The notes under the pieces are model-generated. The model had not been told where the DNA came from. It searched no databases and saw nothing but the letters and a program-made list of their open reading frames with translations. A stretch of 64,000 nucleotides of DNA, taken from a virus. Positions within the stretch are counted from its first letter, which is position 1. Each line of letters begins with the position of its first letter. The stretch lies in the IMG/VR virus record IMGVR_UViG_3300032291_003679, positions 64,001-128,000 of that record; one strand, given 5' to 3'. The translations under genes and the position numbers were made by a program. This document shows, in pieces, positions 10,162-19,861 of this stretch.

Positions 10162-10249
10162 ATCTCATCGTCTCTCGACTTTTTCTTTATTCAAATTTGC
10201 GCTACACTCGTTTCCTCAAGTTGTTAACCGACCTACATGACAGGAAATT

Positions 10250-12175
10250 ATGAGCCTTATCGATAATGAATTCGTTGCTTCGTACGCAAACCGCCCGGTT
10301 CCATGGGGCTTTAACGGAATGGGGGAAATTGTATTTCTCCGTACGTATAGCCGCACAAAAGACAATGGAAGCATTGAGACATGGCCAGAAACAATTCAGC
10401 GTGTCATTAACGGTGCAGTAGAAATCGGTGTTCCATATACACGTGAAGAAGCTGAAGAGCTTTTCGACCACATGTATCACCTTCGTTGCTCAATGAGCGG
10501 TCGCGCATTGTGGCAGCTGGGCACATCAATGGTTGCACGCTTCGGTGGTGCATCACTCAATAACTGCTACTTCACAAACATTGAAAAAGTAGATGACTTT
10601 GAGTTCCTTTTTGACTACCTCATGCTTGGTGGAGGTGTTGGCTTCTCTGTAGAGCGTTCGAAGATTCACGACCTTCCAAAGATTAAGACAGGCGTAACAA
10701 TTACGCACGAACGAACCAACGATGCCGACATTATTGTTCCAGACAGCCGCACTGGGTGGCGTCGCCTTCTTCACAGCGTTCTCAAGTCGTATTTCGACAC
10801 AGGCAAGTCATTCAGCTACTCAACTATTTTGATTCGTGAATTCGGAGCACCGCTTAAGACGTTTGGCGGAACAGCAAGTGGCCCAGGAGCGCTTATTGAC
10901 GGCATTACCGATATTTGTAAAGTCCTGGATAACCGTGTCGGTAAGAAATTGAGGTCAGTCGATGTTTTGGATATTTGTAACATTATTGGTCGCATTGTTG
11001 TTTCCGGCTCGTCTAGGCGGTCGGCGCAAATAGCAATGGGTGACCCAGACGACGTTCTTTTCCTTCGTGCAAAGAACTGGGGCTCAGGAAACATCCCAGG
11101 CTGGAGAGCAAACAGCAACAACTCTCTTTACGCAGACGGCTGGGAAGAAATGCCAGCAGAACTTTGGCGTGGATATGACGGTTCTGGTGAGCCATATGGT
11201 CTTGTTAACCGCAAGCTTGCTCGTACCTATGGACGCCTCGGAGAAAAGCGCCCAGACCCAACAATCGAAGGCTTTAACCCATGCGCCGAAATTGGATTGG
11301 CTGACGGAGAGTCGTGCAACCTTGCAACAATCTTTTTGCCAAACATCGAATCCCTCTCGCAGCTTTTGTCTATCTCACGACTTCTCTATATGACGCAAAA
11401 GCAAATCACACGTTTGCCATACCCATATGAAAAAACAACATCAATCGTAAGAGCGAATGCACGCCTTGGTCAGAGCATCACTGGTGTTTTGCAGGCGACA
11501 GAACAACAGATTGAATGGCTTGATACAACATACAAGTATCTCCGCGACCTGGACAAGGAGTATTCGGCAGAAAAGGGATTCCCTGAATCAGTCCGCATGA
11601 CGACAGTTCAGCCATCTGGAACTCTTTCTCTGTTGCCTGGGGTGACACCAGGAGTACACCCAGCATTTGCTCCGTACTACATCCGTCGTGTTCGTTTCGG
11701 CTCGGCTGACCCGTTGGTTGACGCTTGTCGTAAGCGTGGATACAAAGTTGTTTGGGATATTGGCATTGATGGTCGTGAAGACCACACGCGCTACGTTGTT
11801 GAATTCCCATGCATGTCGCCAGAGGGTTCAACCATGGCAAAAGACATGACTGCAGTTGAACAACTTGAGTGGGTAAAGAAGATGCAAACAGAATGGGCTG
11901 ATAACGCTGTTTCTGTAACCGTCTATTACCGCAAGGAAGAACTTGACAGCATCAAAGAATGGCTATCCAAGAATTACGACAAGGGCGTGAAATCTGTGTC
12001 ATTCCTTCTTCACAGTGACCACAACTTCGTATTGCCCCCATATGAGGAAATCGCAAAAGAGGCCTACGAAAAGATGGTGTCGAAGATTGATTTCTCTATT
12101 CCTTTGGTGCAAGAGAAGTTCAATGGCGATATTGACATGGATGATTGCGCAACTGGAGCATGCCCTGTAAAGTAG
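10250..12175 (+). CDS. nrdJ: Class II (adenosylcobalamin-dependent) ribonucleotide reductase
   Basis: NNCYF, GGGVGF, NPCAEI, TTVQPSGT, DNAVSVTV and C-terminal CATGACPVK redox tail; SD AGGA upstream. Confidence 0.95.
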   Translation: MSLIDNEFVASYANRPVPWGFNGMGEIVFLRTYSRTKDNGSIETWPETIQRVINGAVEIGVPYTREEAEELFDHMYHLRCSMSGRALWQLGTSMVARFGGASLNNCYFTNIEKVDDFEFLFDYLMLGGGVGFSVERSKIHDLPKIKTGVTITHERTNDADIIVPDSRTGWRRLLHSVLKSYFDTGKSFSYSTILIREFGAPLKTFGGTASGPGALIDGITDICKVLDNRVGKKLRSVDVLDICNIIGRIVVSGSSRRSAQIAMGDPDDVLFLRAKNWGSGNIPGWRANSNNSLYADGWEEMPAELWRGYDGSGEPYGLVNRKLARTYGRLGEKRPDPTIEGFNPCAEIGLADGESCNLATIFLPNIESLSQLLSISRLLYMTQKQITRLPYPYEKTTSIVRANARLGQSITGVLQATEQQIEWLDTTYKYLRDLDKEYSAEKGFPESVRMTTVQPSGTLSLLPGVTPGVHPAFAPYYIRRVRFGSADPLVDACRKRGYKVVWDIGIDGREDHTRYVVEFPCMSPEGSTMAKDMTAVEQLEWVKKMQTEWADNAVSVTVYYRKEELDSIKEWLSKNYDKGVKSVSFLLHSDHNFVLPPYEEIAKEAYEKMVSKIDFSIPLVQEKFNGDIDMDDCATGACPVK

Positions 12176-12179
12176 CGTT

Positions 12180-12638
12180 ATGGCTAAATTTGCATCCTAT
12201 GAGGAGCGCTTCTTTCAGAAAGTCGACAAGACGGATTCTTGTTGGATTTGGAAAGGAGCGCTCAGCTCAAAGGGTTACGGGTCTTTCAGTTTTAATCGCA
12301 AAACGACCTTAGCTCATCGTTATTCTTTTTTAATTCATAAGGGGCCAATCCCAGACGGTGCTGTGATTTGTCATACATGCGATATTCCGTCCTGCGTTAA
12401 TCCGGAACATTTGTGGGCTGGAACTAACTCGGAAAACACAAGAGATATGTTCAACAAGGGACGGGAACCAATTTCATGCAAAGAACAGACACATTGTAGA
12501 AGAGGTCATAGTTTCGATGAGTTTGGAGTTCTTGTTTATACAAAAAAAACAGGCAGACAAATTGGGAAACAATGGAGAACCTGTAAAGAATGCAAAAGAA
12601 TAAACGACGCATCAAGGCTCAAGAAAAATAAAAAATAA
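12180..12638 (+). CDS. HNH homing endonuclease
   Basis: CWIWKG...GYG...AHR...ICHTCDIPSCVNPEHL...N..D and a C-terminal THCRRGH...CKEC. Confidence 0.9.
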   Translation: MAKFASYEERFFQKVDKTDSCWIWKGALSSKGYGSFSFNRKTTLAHRYSFLIHKGPIPDGAVICHTCDIPSCVNPEHLWAGTNSENTRDMFNKGREPISCKEQTHCRRGHSFDEFGVLVYTKKTGRQIGKQWRTCKECKRINDASRLKKNKK

Positions 12639-12643
12639 TTTAG

Positions 12644-12719
12644 GCGTCGGTGGCCAAATGGATAAGGCAACAGACTTCTAATCTGTCGATTGCAGGTTCG
12701 AATCCTGCCCGACGCGCCA
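12644..12719 (+). tRNA. tRNA-Arg (anticodon UCU)
   Basis: Acceptor stem GCGTCGG/CCGACGC, anticodon arm ACAGA-CTTCTAA-TCTGT, T arm GCAGG-TTCGAAT-CCTGC, encoded CCA. Confidence 0.95.
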
Positions 12720-12740
12720 ATTTATGTATAAACTTTGCGT

Positions 12741-13106
12741 ATGAAAGAATACATAGGTTCAGACCCTGATTTTCAAAATATTCTCGACCACTTTGCTGAC
12801 AACGTTCCAGCGACAATTGATTGCGGATATGGGTGGGCTGAACTGATTAGAGAGTGCGATGATGCTTTATTTATCGCCGACCCAAACTACACGATTTCTC
12901 AAGTAAAAGAAAAGTTTGGCGGACTTCGTTTCTATTTTAATCCAACAGACATGAATCAGTACAGCAAGATGAGTTCAACAATTATGGCGATTGAAGAGAA
13001 GTCTCTTGAGATGTGTGAGGAGTGTGGAGCGCCTGGTTATCGCCGGCGATGGAATGGCACTGGCTATATGTATACATCTTGTGATGAACACGAGAAAAAG
13101 GACTAA
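12741..13106 (+). CDS. Conserved phage hypothetical protein
   Basis: CGYGW...QVKEKFGGLRFY...CEECG pattern common in phages; ATG at 12741 lies 6 nt after TAAACT. Confidence 0.75.
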   Translation: MKEYIGSDPDFQNILDHFADNVPATIDCGYGWAELIRECDDALFIADPNYTISQVKEKFGGLRFYFNPTDMNQYSKMSSTIMAIEEKSLEMCEECGAPGYRRRWNGTGYMYTSCDEHEKKD

Positions 13107-13232
13107 CTACTCCCACATTTCAGGGTTTGGGTGTTTTGCGGCTTTCCGAAAGCCGATTGATGCTTTTGCAGCAACGAATGAGCCAACCAGGACGGCTGCC
13201 CATCCAATAAGCCTAGTTATTTTTGTTTTCAC
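13107..13232 (-). CDS. Possible small membrane peptide (41 aa)
   Basis: GTG start overlapping the end of the upstream gene; MKTKITRLIGWAAVLVGSFVAAKASIGF... has one hydrophobic segment. Confidence 0.35.
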   Translation of the reverse strand: MKTKITRLIGWAAVLVGSFVAAKASIGFRKAAKHPNPEMWE

Positions 13233-13668
13233 GGATTGGACCACCGGTAACCCATGCTCTGCATGTTCTCTTTGAGGCACACTTGAAGTCAAAGGCCTCA
13301 CAGAAGCCAAGCTCTCCTGCCGCATCAATTGCTTCCCATTCATCATTATTTGCGTCACCAACAAGTCCTGACTTTATGCATGACTTCATCTCTGGCGTAA
13401 CTATAAACACTGCGCAATTACCACATAGTTGTTTCTTGGCGTCAGCTGCAGAAACTTCCCATTCTTCCGCCATCTTGTCCCAGTATTTAGCGTTTTCTTC
13501 GCCAGGATTTAGTGGTCCGTAGTCTGCCACGGCTATTGCTTTTGCTCTATTCTTTAAGTTGACTGCAACATCTTTTGTCGCCGTAGGGCACTTCTCTGCG
13601 TCAGCTTTTTCTTCGATGCGTATTCCGCTTATTGGGCCCCTGTAGGAACCCCATGTAATCTCTGTCAT
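13213..13668 (-). CDS. Cys-rich head-module protein (CGNC...C...C, HiPIP-like spacing)
   Basis: CPTAT...YGPLNP...LCGNCAVF...GFCEAFDFKCASKRTCRAW. Confidence 0.7.
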   Translation of the reverse strand: MTEITWGSYRGPISGIRIEEKADAEKCPTATKDVAVNLKNRAKAIAVADYGPLNPGEENAKYWDKMAEEWEVSAADAKKQLCGNCAVFIVTPEMKSCIKSGLVGDANNDEWEAIDAAGELGFCEAFDFKCASKRTCRAWVTGGPIRENKNN

Positions 13669-14066
13669 TTCTTAAACTCGTCCCATGTTTTATCTCCGGC
13701 ACCGAAATAGGCTCTTGCATATCCTGAAGAAACTATATCTTCATTGAGGCAAGCAGTCTGCTCAGACTTTACGTCTTTGTCTGAATATATCTGGGCAAGT
13801 ATTCTTCCGTATTTGTCGTCCTTGCCGGCGATGGTCTTCAAGAACACTGTTTGATGTCTTGTTGTCCAGTCGGCTGTAAAGGTTTTTGCCTTCAGGCCCA
13901 TTTCTTTTTCTGCCAAGTCTTTTGTTCGTGATTCTGGAGTATTAACTCCGTAGAGTCGTACTCGTGCTTTATGGTGGATGTTGAACCCAAGGTCAATCAT
14001 GACGTCCAATGTGTCTCCATCGATGACTTTTAAGACTTTAGCCGTATACCAGTATTGCTCAGCCAT
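13665..14066 (-). CDS. Thermonuclease (SNase-like) family nuclease
   Basis: VIDGDT, RVRLYGVNTPE, DKYGRILA, LNE..V..GYA. Confidence 0.9.
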   Translation of the reverse strand: MAEQYWYTAKVLKVIDGDTLDVMIDLGFNIHHKARVRLYGVNTPESRTKDLAEKEMGLKAKTFTADWTTRHQTVFLKTIAGKDDKYGRILAQIYSDKDVKSEQTACLNEDIVSSGYARAYFGAGDKTWDEFKK

Positions 14067-14874
14067 TTGACTTCTTCTTGCGTCGCTTTGACATTACTTT
14101 CGCCGCGTGTGCCATACGTCTACGTGCTTCAGAATCTTCTGGCATATACGAGGTCATTGCTTTCTCCGAAGCCCCCATGTGCACTAAATTTCCCCTAACA
14201 GCAAGACGAACGATTCTTTCGTCTTCAAAATTAATCTCATCTACGTCGTCAACTATTCCGCTCCACAAGCCCGCCATGTCCGGGTCGTTGCGGTGGGATA
14301 AGAAATTTTGATTCGCTGTCTTATTGAATACATCAAACTCAAAGTCGGACTTCTTTTTCTTTTTTGAGTTTTCGTATCTCTCTAGAAGTCTTCTACCTTT
14401 AGCAGCAAGTCTTCTTGCGTCTTCCATGTCTTGAGGAACCGGCTCTCCCCATGCTGCAGCAGACAAGGCTAGACGTGTTGAACGGCCTTTTTCATCTTTC
14501 ATCGGTCCAGATGGATTAGTGAAGAATCTAGTGAGAAACGAACCTTTTCTTCTCATCTTCTGTGGAGTATTGGCTGCACCCATAACTCCGGGCTTAAGGT
14601 TCGCGCCTTCTTTTCTCTTGAAGTATGCGCGACCTGCTGCCGTGAGTCCACCCTTAGGGTCTCTTAAGACTGGCTTCTTTGCCCCTTTTTTCATAACGTC
14701 GTTAAGTCGTTCTGACGTGTAGTACTCATCGAAAAGCGGCTGCATCTCAATTCGCTTGAGTTCTACAAGTGATTGCTCGGTAATTTGCCCTAGGGCCAAT
14801 TCTGCCTCTATTTGGTCAGATATTCCCTGAAGCTCTTCATAGAGCTTTTCTGTGTCATCAATAGGATTTGTCAT
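14059..14874 (-). CDS. Head-associated hypothetical protein with a DUF6321-like basic domain
   Basis: DPKGGLTAAGRAYF...NLKPGV...RRKGSFLTRF...GPMKDEKG..TRLALS...W. Confidence 0.6.
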   Translation of the reverse strand: MTNPIDDTEKLYEELQGISDQIEAELALGQITEQSLVELKRIEMQPLFDEYYTSERLNDVMKKGAKKPVLRDPKGGLTAAGRAYFKRKEGANLKPGVMGAANTPQKMRRKGSFLTRFFTNPSGPMKDEKGRSTRLALSAAAWGEPVPQDMEDARRLAAKGRRLLERYENSKKKKKSDFEFDVFNKTANQNFLSHRNDPDMAGLWSGIVDDVDEINFEDERIVRLAVRGNLVHMGASEKAMTSYMPEDSEARRRMAHAAKVMSKRRKKKSNG

Positions 14875-14904
14875 ATAGATAATCTTCTCATATTTTGTGG
14901 CTAC

Positions 14905-14959
14905 AAAAGAGAAACCCCCGGTTTCACCACATTTAAGTGGCTACTTCCGGGGGCTTCTC
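14905..14959 (-). terminator. Rho-independent terminator downstream of the major capsid gene
   Basis: Stem GAGAAgCCCCCGG...CCGGGGGtTTCTC followed by TTTT on the minus strand. Confidence 0.7.
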
Positions 14960-14977
14960 CTGAAGTGCTAAACGCTA

Positions 14978-16342
14978 TCAGGAAGGTGCGCTGTCGAAGT
15001 CCAGCTTCACGAATGCCTCTGGGCGCTTCACGGCGAGAGCAAGGCGCTGCTCGGCGAGAATCACGATGGCATTACGGATGAAGAAGTCCGAGTGCTGTTC
15101 GCTGATACGGATGCTTGCCTGCTCGCGGTCGTACAACTGAGCGCCGGTACCGAAAGCACCAACAAGAGCTGTACCCTCTGTCATGGCAGGAGTGTCAACG
15201 ATTGGCATTCTCCAAACACGTGGCTCGCCACCCATTGCAACCGAAACTGCGATGAGGTATTGACCCTGCTCGTCCTTGGTGAGCTCGATGTCTTCCCAGT
15301 CATTCGGGTGTAGAACTACACCTGATGGCTCGTAGTAAGCAAGGAATGACAACGTTGCTGCACGACGGATTGCGTCAGCCTTGGTGTCTGCGACAGGTGC
15401 TGAAACACCGTCTGACCATGCGTACTCCTGAATGTTCGGTGTCTGAAGAACGCCGAGCAAGTTTTCGCCAACGCCATTTCCGTTAAGGATTTGGTTATCT
15501 TCGAGAAGACGAAGACCGTACATGAGTTCGTTGTCGATGATTGCACGCAACTGTGGCTCATCTGACAAAACGTTGCGGTGAGCTGCTTCCCAGTGAGCGA
15601 GTGTGCGCACTGGAGCCTGCTCGCCAACGAAGGCAAATGAAGACTGTGGCTTGATACCGAATGCTGTGTTGCCGGAGTTACGCTCTGCAACTGACGATGC
15701 ACTGTTTGTGCCATGGCCAGCCTGCAGGGTTGTGAAACCGAGCTGACGGAAGTATTCAATAACTGCAGCGTTTGTTGTGCGTGTTGGGAACAGGTCACGA
15801 ACGCGCTTTGTACGCATTGGAGGTGTCACCATTGGGTCACGCTGAACGTTGCCAAATGAACCAAGACGGCTGTCTGTAACAGCGGTTGTTGGCAATGCTG
15901 AGTACACATCCTTGACATTGAAGCCATTGTGTGAAGTCAACGAAGCAGCAACCTGCCAAGGAGCAGCCATGTTTGCGCCATTGCGGCCACCGTTGAGTGC
16001 CTTGAACTCTGCTGACTCAAGGAACATCTGACCAATGCTCTTGATTTCACGTGATGTAAGTTGGTTCATGTCTGCAGATGCAGCTGCGTATGCGGCAGCA
16101 GCAGATTCGCCTGCAGGCTGTGAACCCCAGCCATCAACTTGGTTCATGGTCTCAAGGTCGCCGAGAAGGCCCTTGATTTCCTTGATGTCGCGCATGTTCT
16201 TATCGAATGCGCTCTTTTGCTCTGGAGTAACGACTACTGTGCCGTTCTCAACTTTGAATGAATCAGCGATGGTCTTATTGTCTGCCATCTTCTGACGTAG
16301 AGCTCCTTGGAGCTCATCTATACGGGCTTTGTCTTCCGACAT
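14978..16342 (-). CDS. Major capsid protein, HK97 fold
   Basis: Coiled-coil delta-like N-terminus; VRDLFP; VRTLAHW...SDEPQLRAIIDNELMYGL...EDNQILNGNG; F.RN...ILAEQRLALAVKRPEAF; SD GAGGAG. Confidence 0.95.
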   Translation of the reverse strand: MSEDKARIDELQGALRQKMADNKTIADSFKVENGTVVVTPEQKSAFDKNMRDIKEIKGLLGDLETMNQVDGWGSQPAGESAAAAYAAASADMNQLTSREIKSIGQMFLESAEFKALNGGRNGANMAAPWQVAASLTSHNGFNVKDVYSALPTTAVTDSRLGSFGNVQRDPMVTPPMRTKRVRDLFPTRTTNAAVIEYFRQLGFTTLQAGHGTNSASSVAERNSGNTAFGIKPQSSFAFVGEQAPVRTLAHWEAAHRNVLSDEPQLRAIIDNELMYGLRLLEDNQILNGNGVGENLLGVLQTPNIQEYAWSDGVSAPVADTKADAIRRAATLSFLAYYEPSGVVLHPNDWEDIELTKDEQGQYLIAVSVAMGGEPRVWRMPIVDTPAMTEGTALVGAFGTGAQLYDREQASIRISEQHSDFFIRNAIVILAEQRLALAVKRPEAFVKLDFDSAPS

Positions 16343-16423
16343 TACTTTTCTCCTCTTGAGATTAAGTGGTTGGGTTGTTGGGTTAGCAATGGCTTAGGTC
16401 AGCACCCAGCCCTCGTATAAATA

Positions 16424-16459
16424 AGAATAATAGATGATTTACACTCTTTAGTGGAACTA
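16424..16459 (-). promoter_or_regulatory. Putative late promoter TAGTTCCAC-N21-TATTCT upstream of the capsid gene
   Basis: Same motif and spacing upstream of the protease, sheath and chaperone genes. Confidence 0.45.
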
Positions 16460-16498
16460 ATAGAATTTTGGAATTAAAGTGCGTAAATGGTTGTTGCG

Positions 16499-17164
16499 TT
16501 ATTTCTTGCGAAGTTCTTCGGCTAGTGAAGTTTTTCTTCTAACTGTTTGCTTTGGCTTTTCCCGTAGCACCGTTCTGACAGCTCTTCGTGTCTCTTCTTC
16601 GCGTCGTTTCTGAATGTTTCTACGACCAAGGTCAGTAGAACCAGACCTGTTTGCATAATCAGACATATTCGTGCAAGGCATCCAAACTGTTCTTCCACCC
16701 TTGCTTACGCGTCTACTGATACCGATGCATCCAAGTTGACGTGACCTAAAGCGAGCTGACTCGGGGTCAAGAAAAACATCTGGGTCGTTATCTCTAACAA
16801 ACTCTGGACCTGCACTTTTCCCACTGCAACAGTCAAGAGATTTGCCACTAAAAGAAGGAGACGAAACAAGGCTTCCATCAGCAAGCGTTGCTATCCCTCT
16901 TATTGGGGCTTCTGTGAGATTTTCCCACTCATCGCGCTTGCGTTTCTTATTCTTGCCACGTGTTCTGCCTTTGCCTGATTTGCCATCAGGAACAACAGTT
17001 CTCCATTTGGATGTTTCCGCAATATTGGAGATTCTTTCAAGCTCATCCATGGAGGCACATGGCATCCAGTTGCCGTCTTTATCTTTGTGTGCTCCTGAAC
17101 AACCTATGTCTTTTGCCAAGCGCAGAGCGTCTGCCTTCTTGACAAGTTCTTTCTTATCGGCCAT
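16499..17164 (-). CDS. Head-module protein with two GC.G......WMPC repeats
   Basis: IGCSGAHKDKDGNWMPC and LGCIGISRRVSKGGRTVWMPC. Confidence 0.7.
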   Translation of the reverse strand: MADKKELVKKADALRLAKDIGCSGAHKDKDGNWMPCASMDELERISNIAETSKWRTVVPDGKSGKGRTRGKNKKRKRDEWENLTEAPIRGIATLADGSLVSSPSFSGKSLDCCSGKSAGPEFVRDNDPDVFLDPESARFRSRQLGCIGISRRVSKGGRTVWMPCTNMSDYANRSGSTDLGRRNIQKRREEETRRAVRTVLREKPKQTVRRKTSLAEELRKK

Positions 17165-17834
17165 TTTTTACATCTTTTCGTGCCTTGTCAATGCGCGACA
17201 AAGTGGTTTTACCTGAGCCATAACTGTCTTCAGTGTTTAAATTGGACAAAAGTCGCGCACGTCGAGAAACTCTTCTTTTTGCTTTTGTTTTTTTCGCAGT
17301 TTTTCTTATAAAACCATCACCAAAAGAATCTCTAAGAATTTCTTCTTCGACGTGACTAAATGAGAACTTTGGATTTTGAACAATTCTCCCAAGAGGTTGG
17401 TCGAATAATACCTTTCCTGTATTTATTCTGTTTAAAAATTCACTTCTTCTGCTCGATGTTTTAAACGCAGCAGCCTTGAAAGCGATTACATTGATTTTGT
17501 CAACAGAATTAGAAAATTTATTTATCAAGATGCTTGAAACGTTTTTCTGATTTGACAATGATTTTTCGTGAAAGAAGCCAGCATAAGCAAAAGATTTTTG
17601 CCTTAGTTTTTTCTCTGAACTTACAGCCTCTTCTTTCCCAGTTTTTTCAAAAAACCCGGTAAACATAAAGCCGTCTGGAATGGTCGTGGATATGTTGTTT
17701 GAGTCAAAGTCAAAATCATTAATAATTGATTTACCAAACTCCGTAATTGACTTAACTTGAATATTTCCATTCTGTTCAGTCGCCATAACATGAGGCATTC
17801 CGCCGAATGCATCTTTTACAAATCCTATTTTCAT
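17154..17834 (-). CDS. Hypothetical head-module protein
   Basis: 226-aa ORF overlapping both neighbours. Confidence 0.65.
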   Translation of the reverse strand: MKIGFVKDAFGGMPHVMATEQNGNIQVKSITEFGKSIINDFDFDSNNISTTIPDGFMFTGFFEKTGKEEAVSSEKKLRQKSFAYAGFFHEKSLSNQKNVSSILINKFSNSVDKINVIAFKAAAFKTSSRRSEFLNRINTGKVLFDQPLGRIVQNPKFSFSHVEEEILRDSFGDGFIRKTAKKTKAKRRVSRRARLLSNLNTEDSYGSGKTTLSRIDKARKDVKNGR

Positions 17835-19861
17835 TGAGATGCTCCAGTAATTAGTCTTCTCAGGGTATTTTTTTGGCTTTTTAGCACATTAAGGCGAGAC
17901 TCAAATAACTTCCCAATAATGTTTATATGTATTCTTTCGCCTTCAGACATTCCGTACTGATTCATTGAATCCTTAAAGCTGCTTGGATTAAATTTTCTAG
18001 CCCTGTTTATTAACTGAGAAAGATATCTCATAAAAATAATTCTTTGTTCAGCTTTTAATGCTTGGTAGTAGTCAGAATACGATGGTGTCAATTGAGATGA
18101 GTAAAACTCTTCAATATTCATTTTCATGCGCTTTGTTATCTCAATTTTTGACAAATCAGTCAAACCTGAAGTAGAGTTTTGCCCAAGCACCAAGCGACGA
18201 GCATCAGGCGTGTCGAGCGTGTATATAGATGTCATCGGACGCTCGCGCTGGTCTGTCAAAAAGTCAGAGATAAGCATCGCTGCCACGTCCTGCGGCTCTA
18301 ATTCGTTGAATTTTGCTTCAGGATTAAAGTTGCTTCCAGGAATAGCGGAAGTTACCTCTTGCCGCAAAAACTGTCTTTTGTCTCCAGGTTTTCCTGAAAA
18401 AATGACGTCAGGAGATTCTAGGCCCAGCACCTGTTGAACGTCAGAAGCAAATCTCTCGCCTATGTGCTGGAAGGTCTTTGGCTTTTCGTATAAAAACAAC
18501 TGTTCCGATGGTGTTGCGATAGCGCTTATATTGTTCGCTAGGCGCTGTCTTTGAATCACACCGGACTTAGCAAGCACTTTTGGCATTATCGATGGGTCAA
18601 TAGCGGACATAGGTCCACCATCAACAATAAACTGCACTGCTTCGTCAACACTCTTGATTAGTTTTCTACGTGGACCAAATGTTTCGGTGTTTCGTACCGA
18701 AGACGAGTCTGGCTGAGAAGCCATACGTCCGCCCCATACCTGAGACGCCCAGCTCACTCTTCCCTTGATTATTTCGTTTGGATTTTTTACACCCGTAAAC
18801 TTTTCTGAGTACTTCAGGCCATCGCCTATCTCGTCCGCAACTGCACGAAGCCTCTTTGATGGGTCACGAGAGTTATCTATGGAAGCAACTTGGTTAACAA
18901 CGCGGCCAAGCTTGCGTCTTTCACCTATCTCAAGCTGCCTGGCTTTTTCCAGCGTTATTGAAGAACCTCCTGGAAGTACATAGACAAGCGACTTAACGCC
19001 AGTGTTGGAGAGAAGTCCAAGCTCTTCTCCGCCCATGTCTTTTGGAGAAAGGGCTGACATCAAGAAAGAAGCGCCTTCCATGTCTCGGTTGTCTGGAATT
19101 GCTCTTAAAACCTTGTTAGGTACAACCGGCTCAAGGACGAACCCATCACGACGAATCATTCGACGCACTTTTATTCCAGAACCCTTATTAAATCTCCCCA
19201 TTGAAGATATTTCGTCGTTAACCCTTCCTGAAGCAAGCCGTGGATTAGAGGTTGTTACTTTAGGGATTTGAGGCTCACGTGAAAGGATTATCGAACTGTC
19301 GTATGGTGCTCCAGTTATGTCTCTACCGCGTGTCTGTGGGTCTATTCCAGAAGTTAAGGCCCGCCTTGCTGCCCCAATAGCTGCCCCAAGAGCAGAAGGT
19401 ATACCAAACAATTTTGCTCCACAAGTTGAAAGACGATTATCTGTGAATCTTCCTCCATACTGATACCCCTCTGGGCATCTGTGCGCTCTGTTTTCTCCAG
19501 GACGCGAACCCCCACGTCCTCCGCCAAAACCTGGCGTTACAGTTCTGTAAAAAGCTGAACGTATAGGTGACCGTATTGGACCCATATCGCCCGGAGTTAT
19601 GGTGCTTAAAATACTTCCGCCTATTTGACGTGCTGCATTTGCCTTGAACTGCATTCCGCCATTAGATTCGCTACGCTGAGTCCGTCTCGTATTCCCAAAT
19701 CTTTTCGATAGAGCTTTGTATTCAGTTAGTTCTTGAGACGATGCCTTAACACCACGTATGTAGTCGATGTTTTGTTTTTGGGCAGGATTAAATAAAAGCA
19801 CCCGAGTAACAAGTACTTCACTGTCTCCACAACATCCAGTAAAATCAGCCACAGCACTCAT
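17831..19861 (-). CDS. Head-module protein with an RCPxG...FTD...C motif and a degenerate HipA/PI3K-like C-terminal domain
   Basis: HIGERFASDVQQVLGLESPDV...LISDFLTDQRERP...RLVLGQN resembles a kinase-like fold lacking the catalytic DRH/N/ID residues. Confidence 0.5.
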   Translation of the reverse strand: MSAVADFTGCCGDSEVLVTRVLLFNPAQKQNIDYIRGVKASSQELTEYKALSKRFGNTRRTQRSESNGGMQFKANAARQIGGSILSTITPGDMGPIRSPIRSAFYRTVTPGFGGGRGGSRPGENRAHRCPEGYQYGGRFTDNRLSTCGAKLFGIPSALGAAIGAARRALTSGIDPQTRGRDITGAPYDSSIILSREPQIPKVTTSNPRLASGRVNDEISSMGRFNKGSGIKVRRMIRRDGFVLEPVVPNKVLRAIPDNRDMEGASFLMSALSPKDMGGEELGLLSNTGVKSLVYVLPGGSSITLEKARQLEIGERRKLGRVVNQVASIDNSRDPSKRLRAVADEIGDGLKYSEKFTGVKNPNEIIKGRVSWASQVWGGRMASQPDSSSVRNTETFGPRRKLIKSVDEAVQFIVDGGPMSAIDPSIMPKVLAKSGVIQRQRLANNISAIATPSEQLFLYEKPKTFQHIGERFASDVQQVLGLESPDVIFSGKPGDKRQFLRQEVTSAIPGSNFNPEAKFNELEPQDVAAMLISDFLTDQRERPMTSIYTLDTPDARRLVLGQNSTSGLTDLSKIEITKRMKMNIEEFYSSQLTPSYSDYYQALKAEQRIIFMRYLSQLINRARKFNPSSFKDSMNQYGMSEGERIHINIIGKLFESRLNVLKSQKNTLRRLITGASQ

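Noticed and set aside
10250-12638. Group I intron or intein in nrdJ associated with the HNH gene
   Set aside because: nrdJ is uninterrupted with an intact C-terminal Cys pair; the HNH lies outside it.
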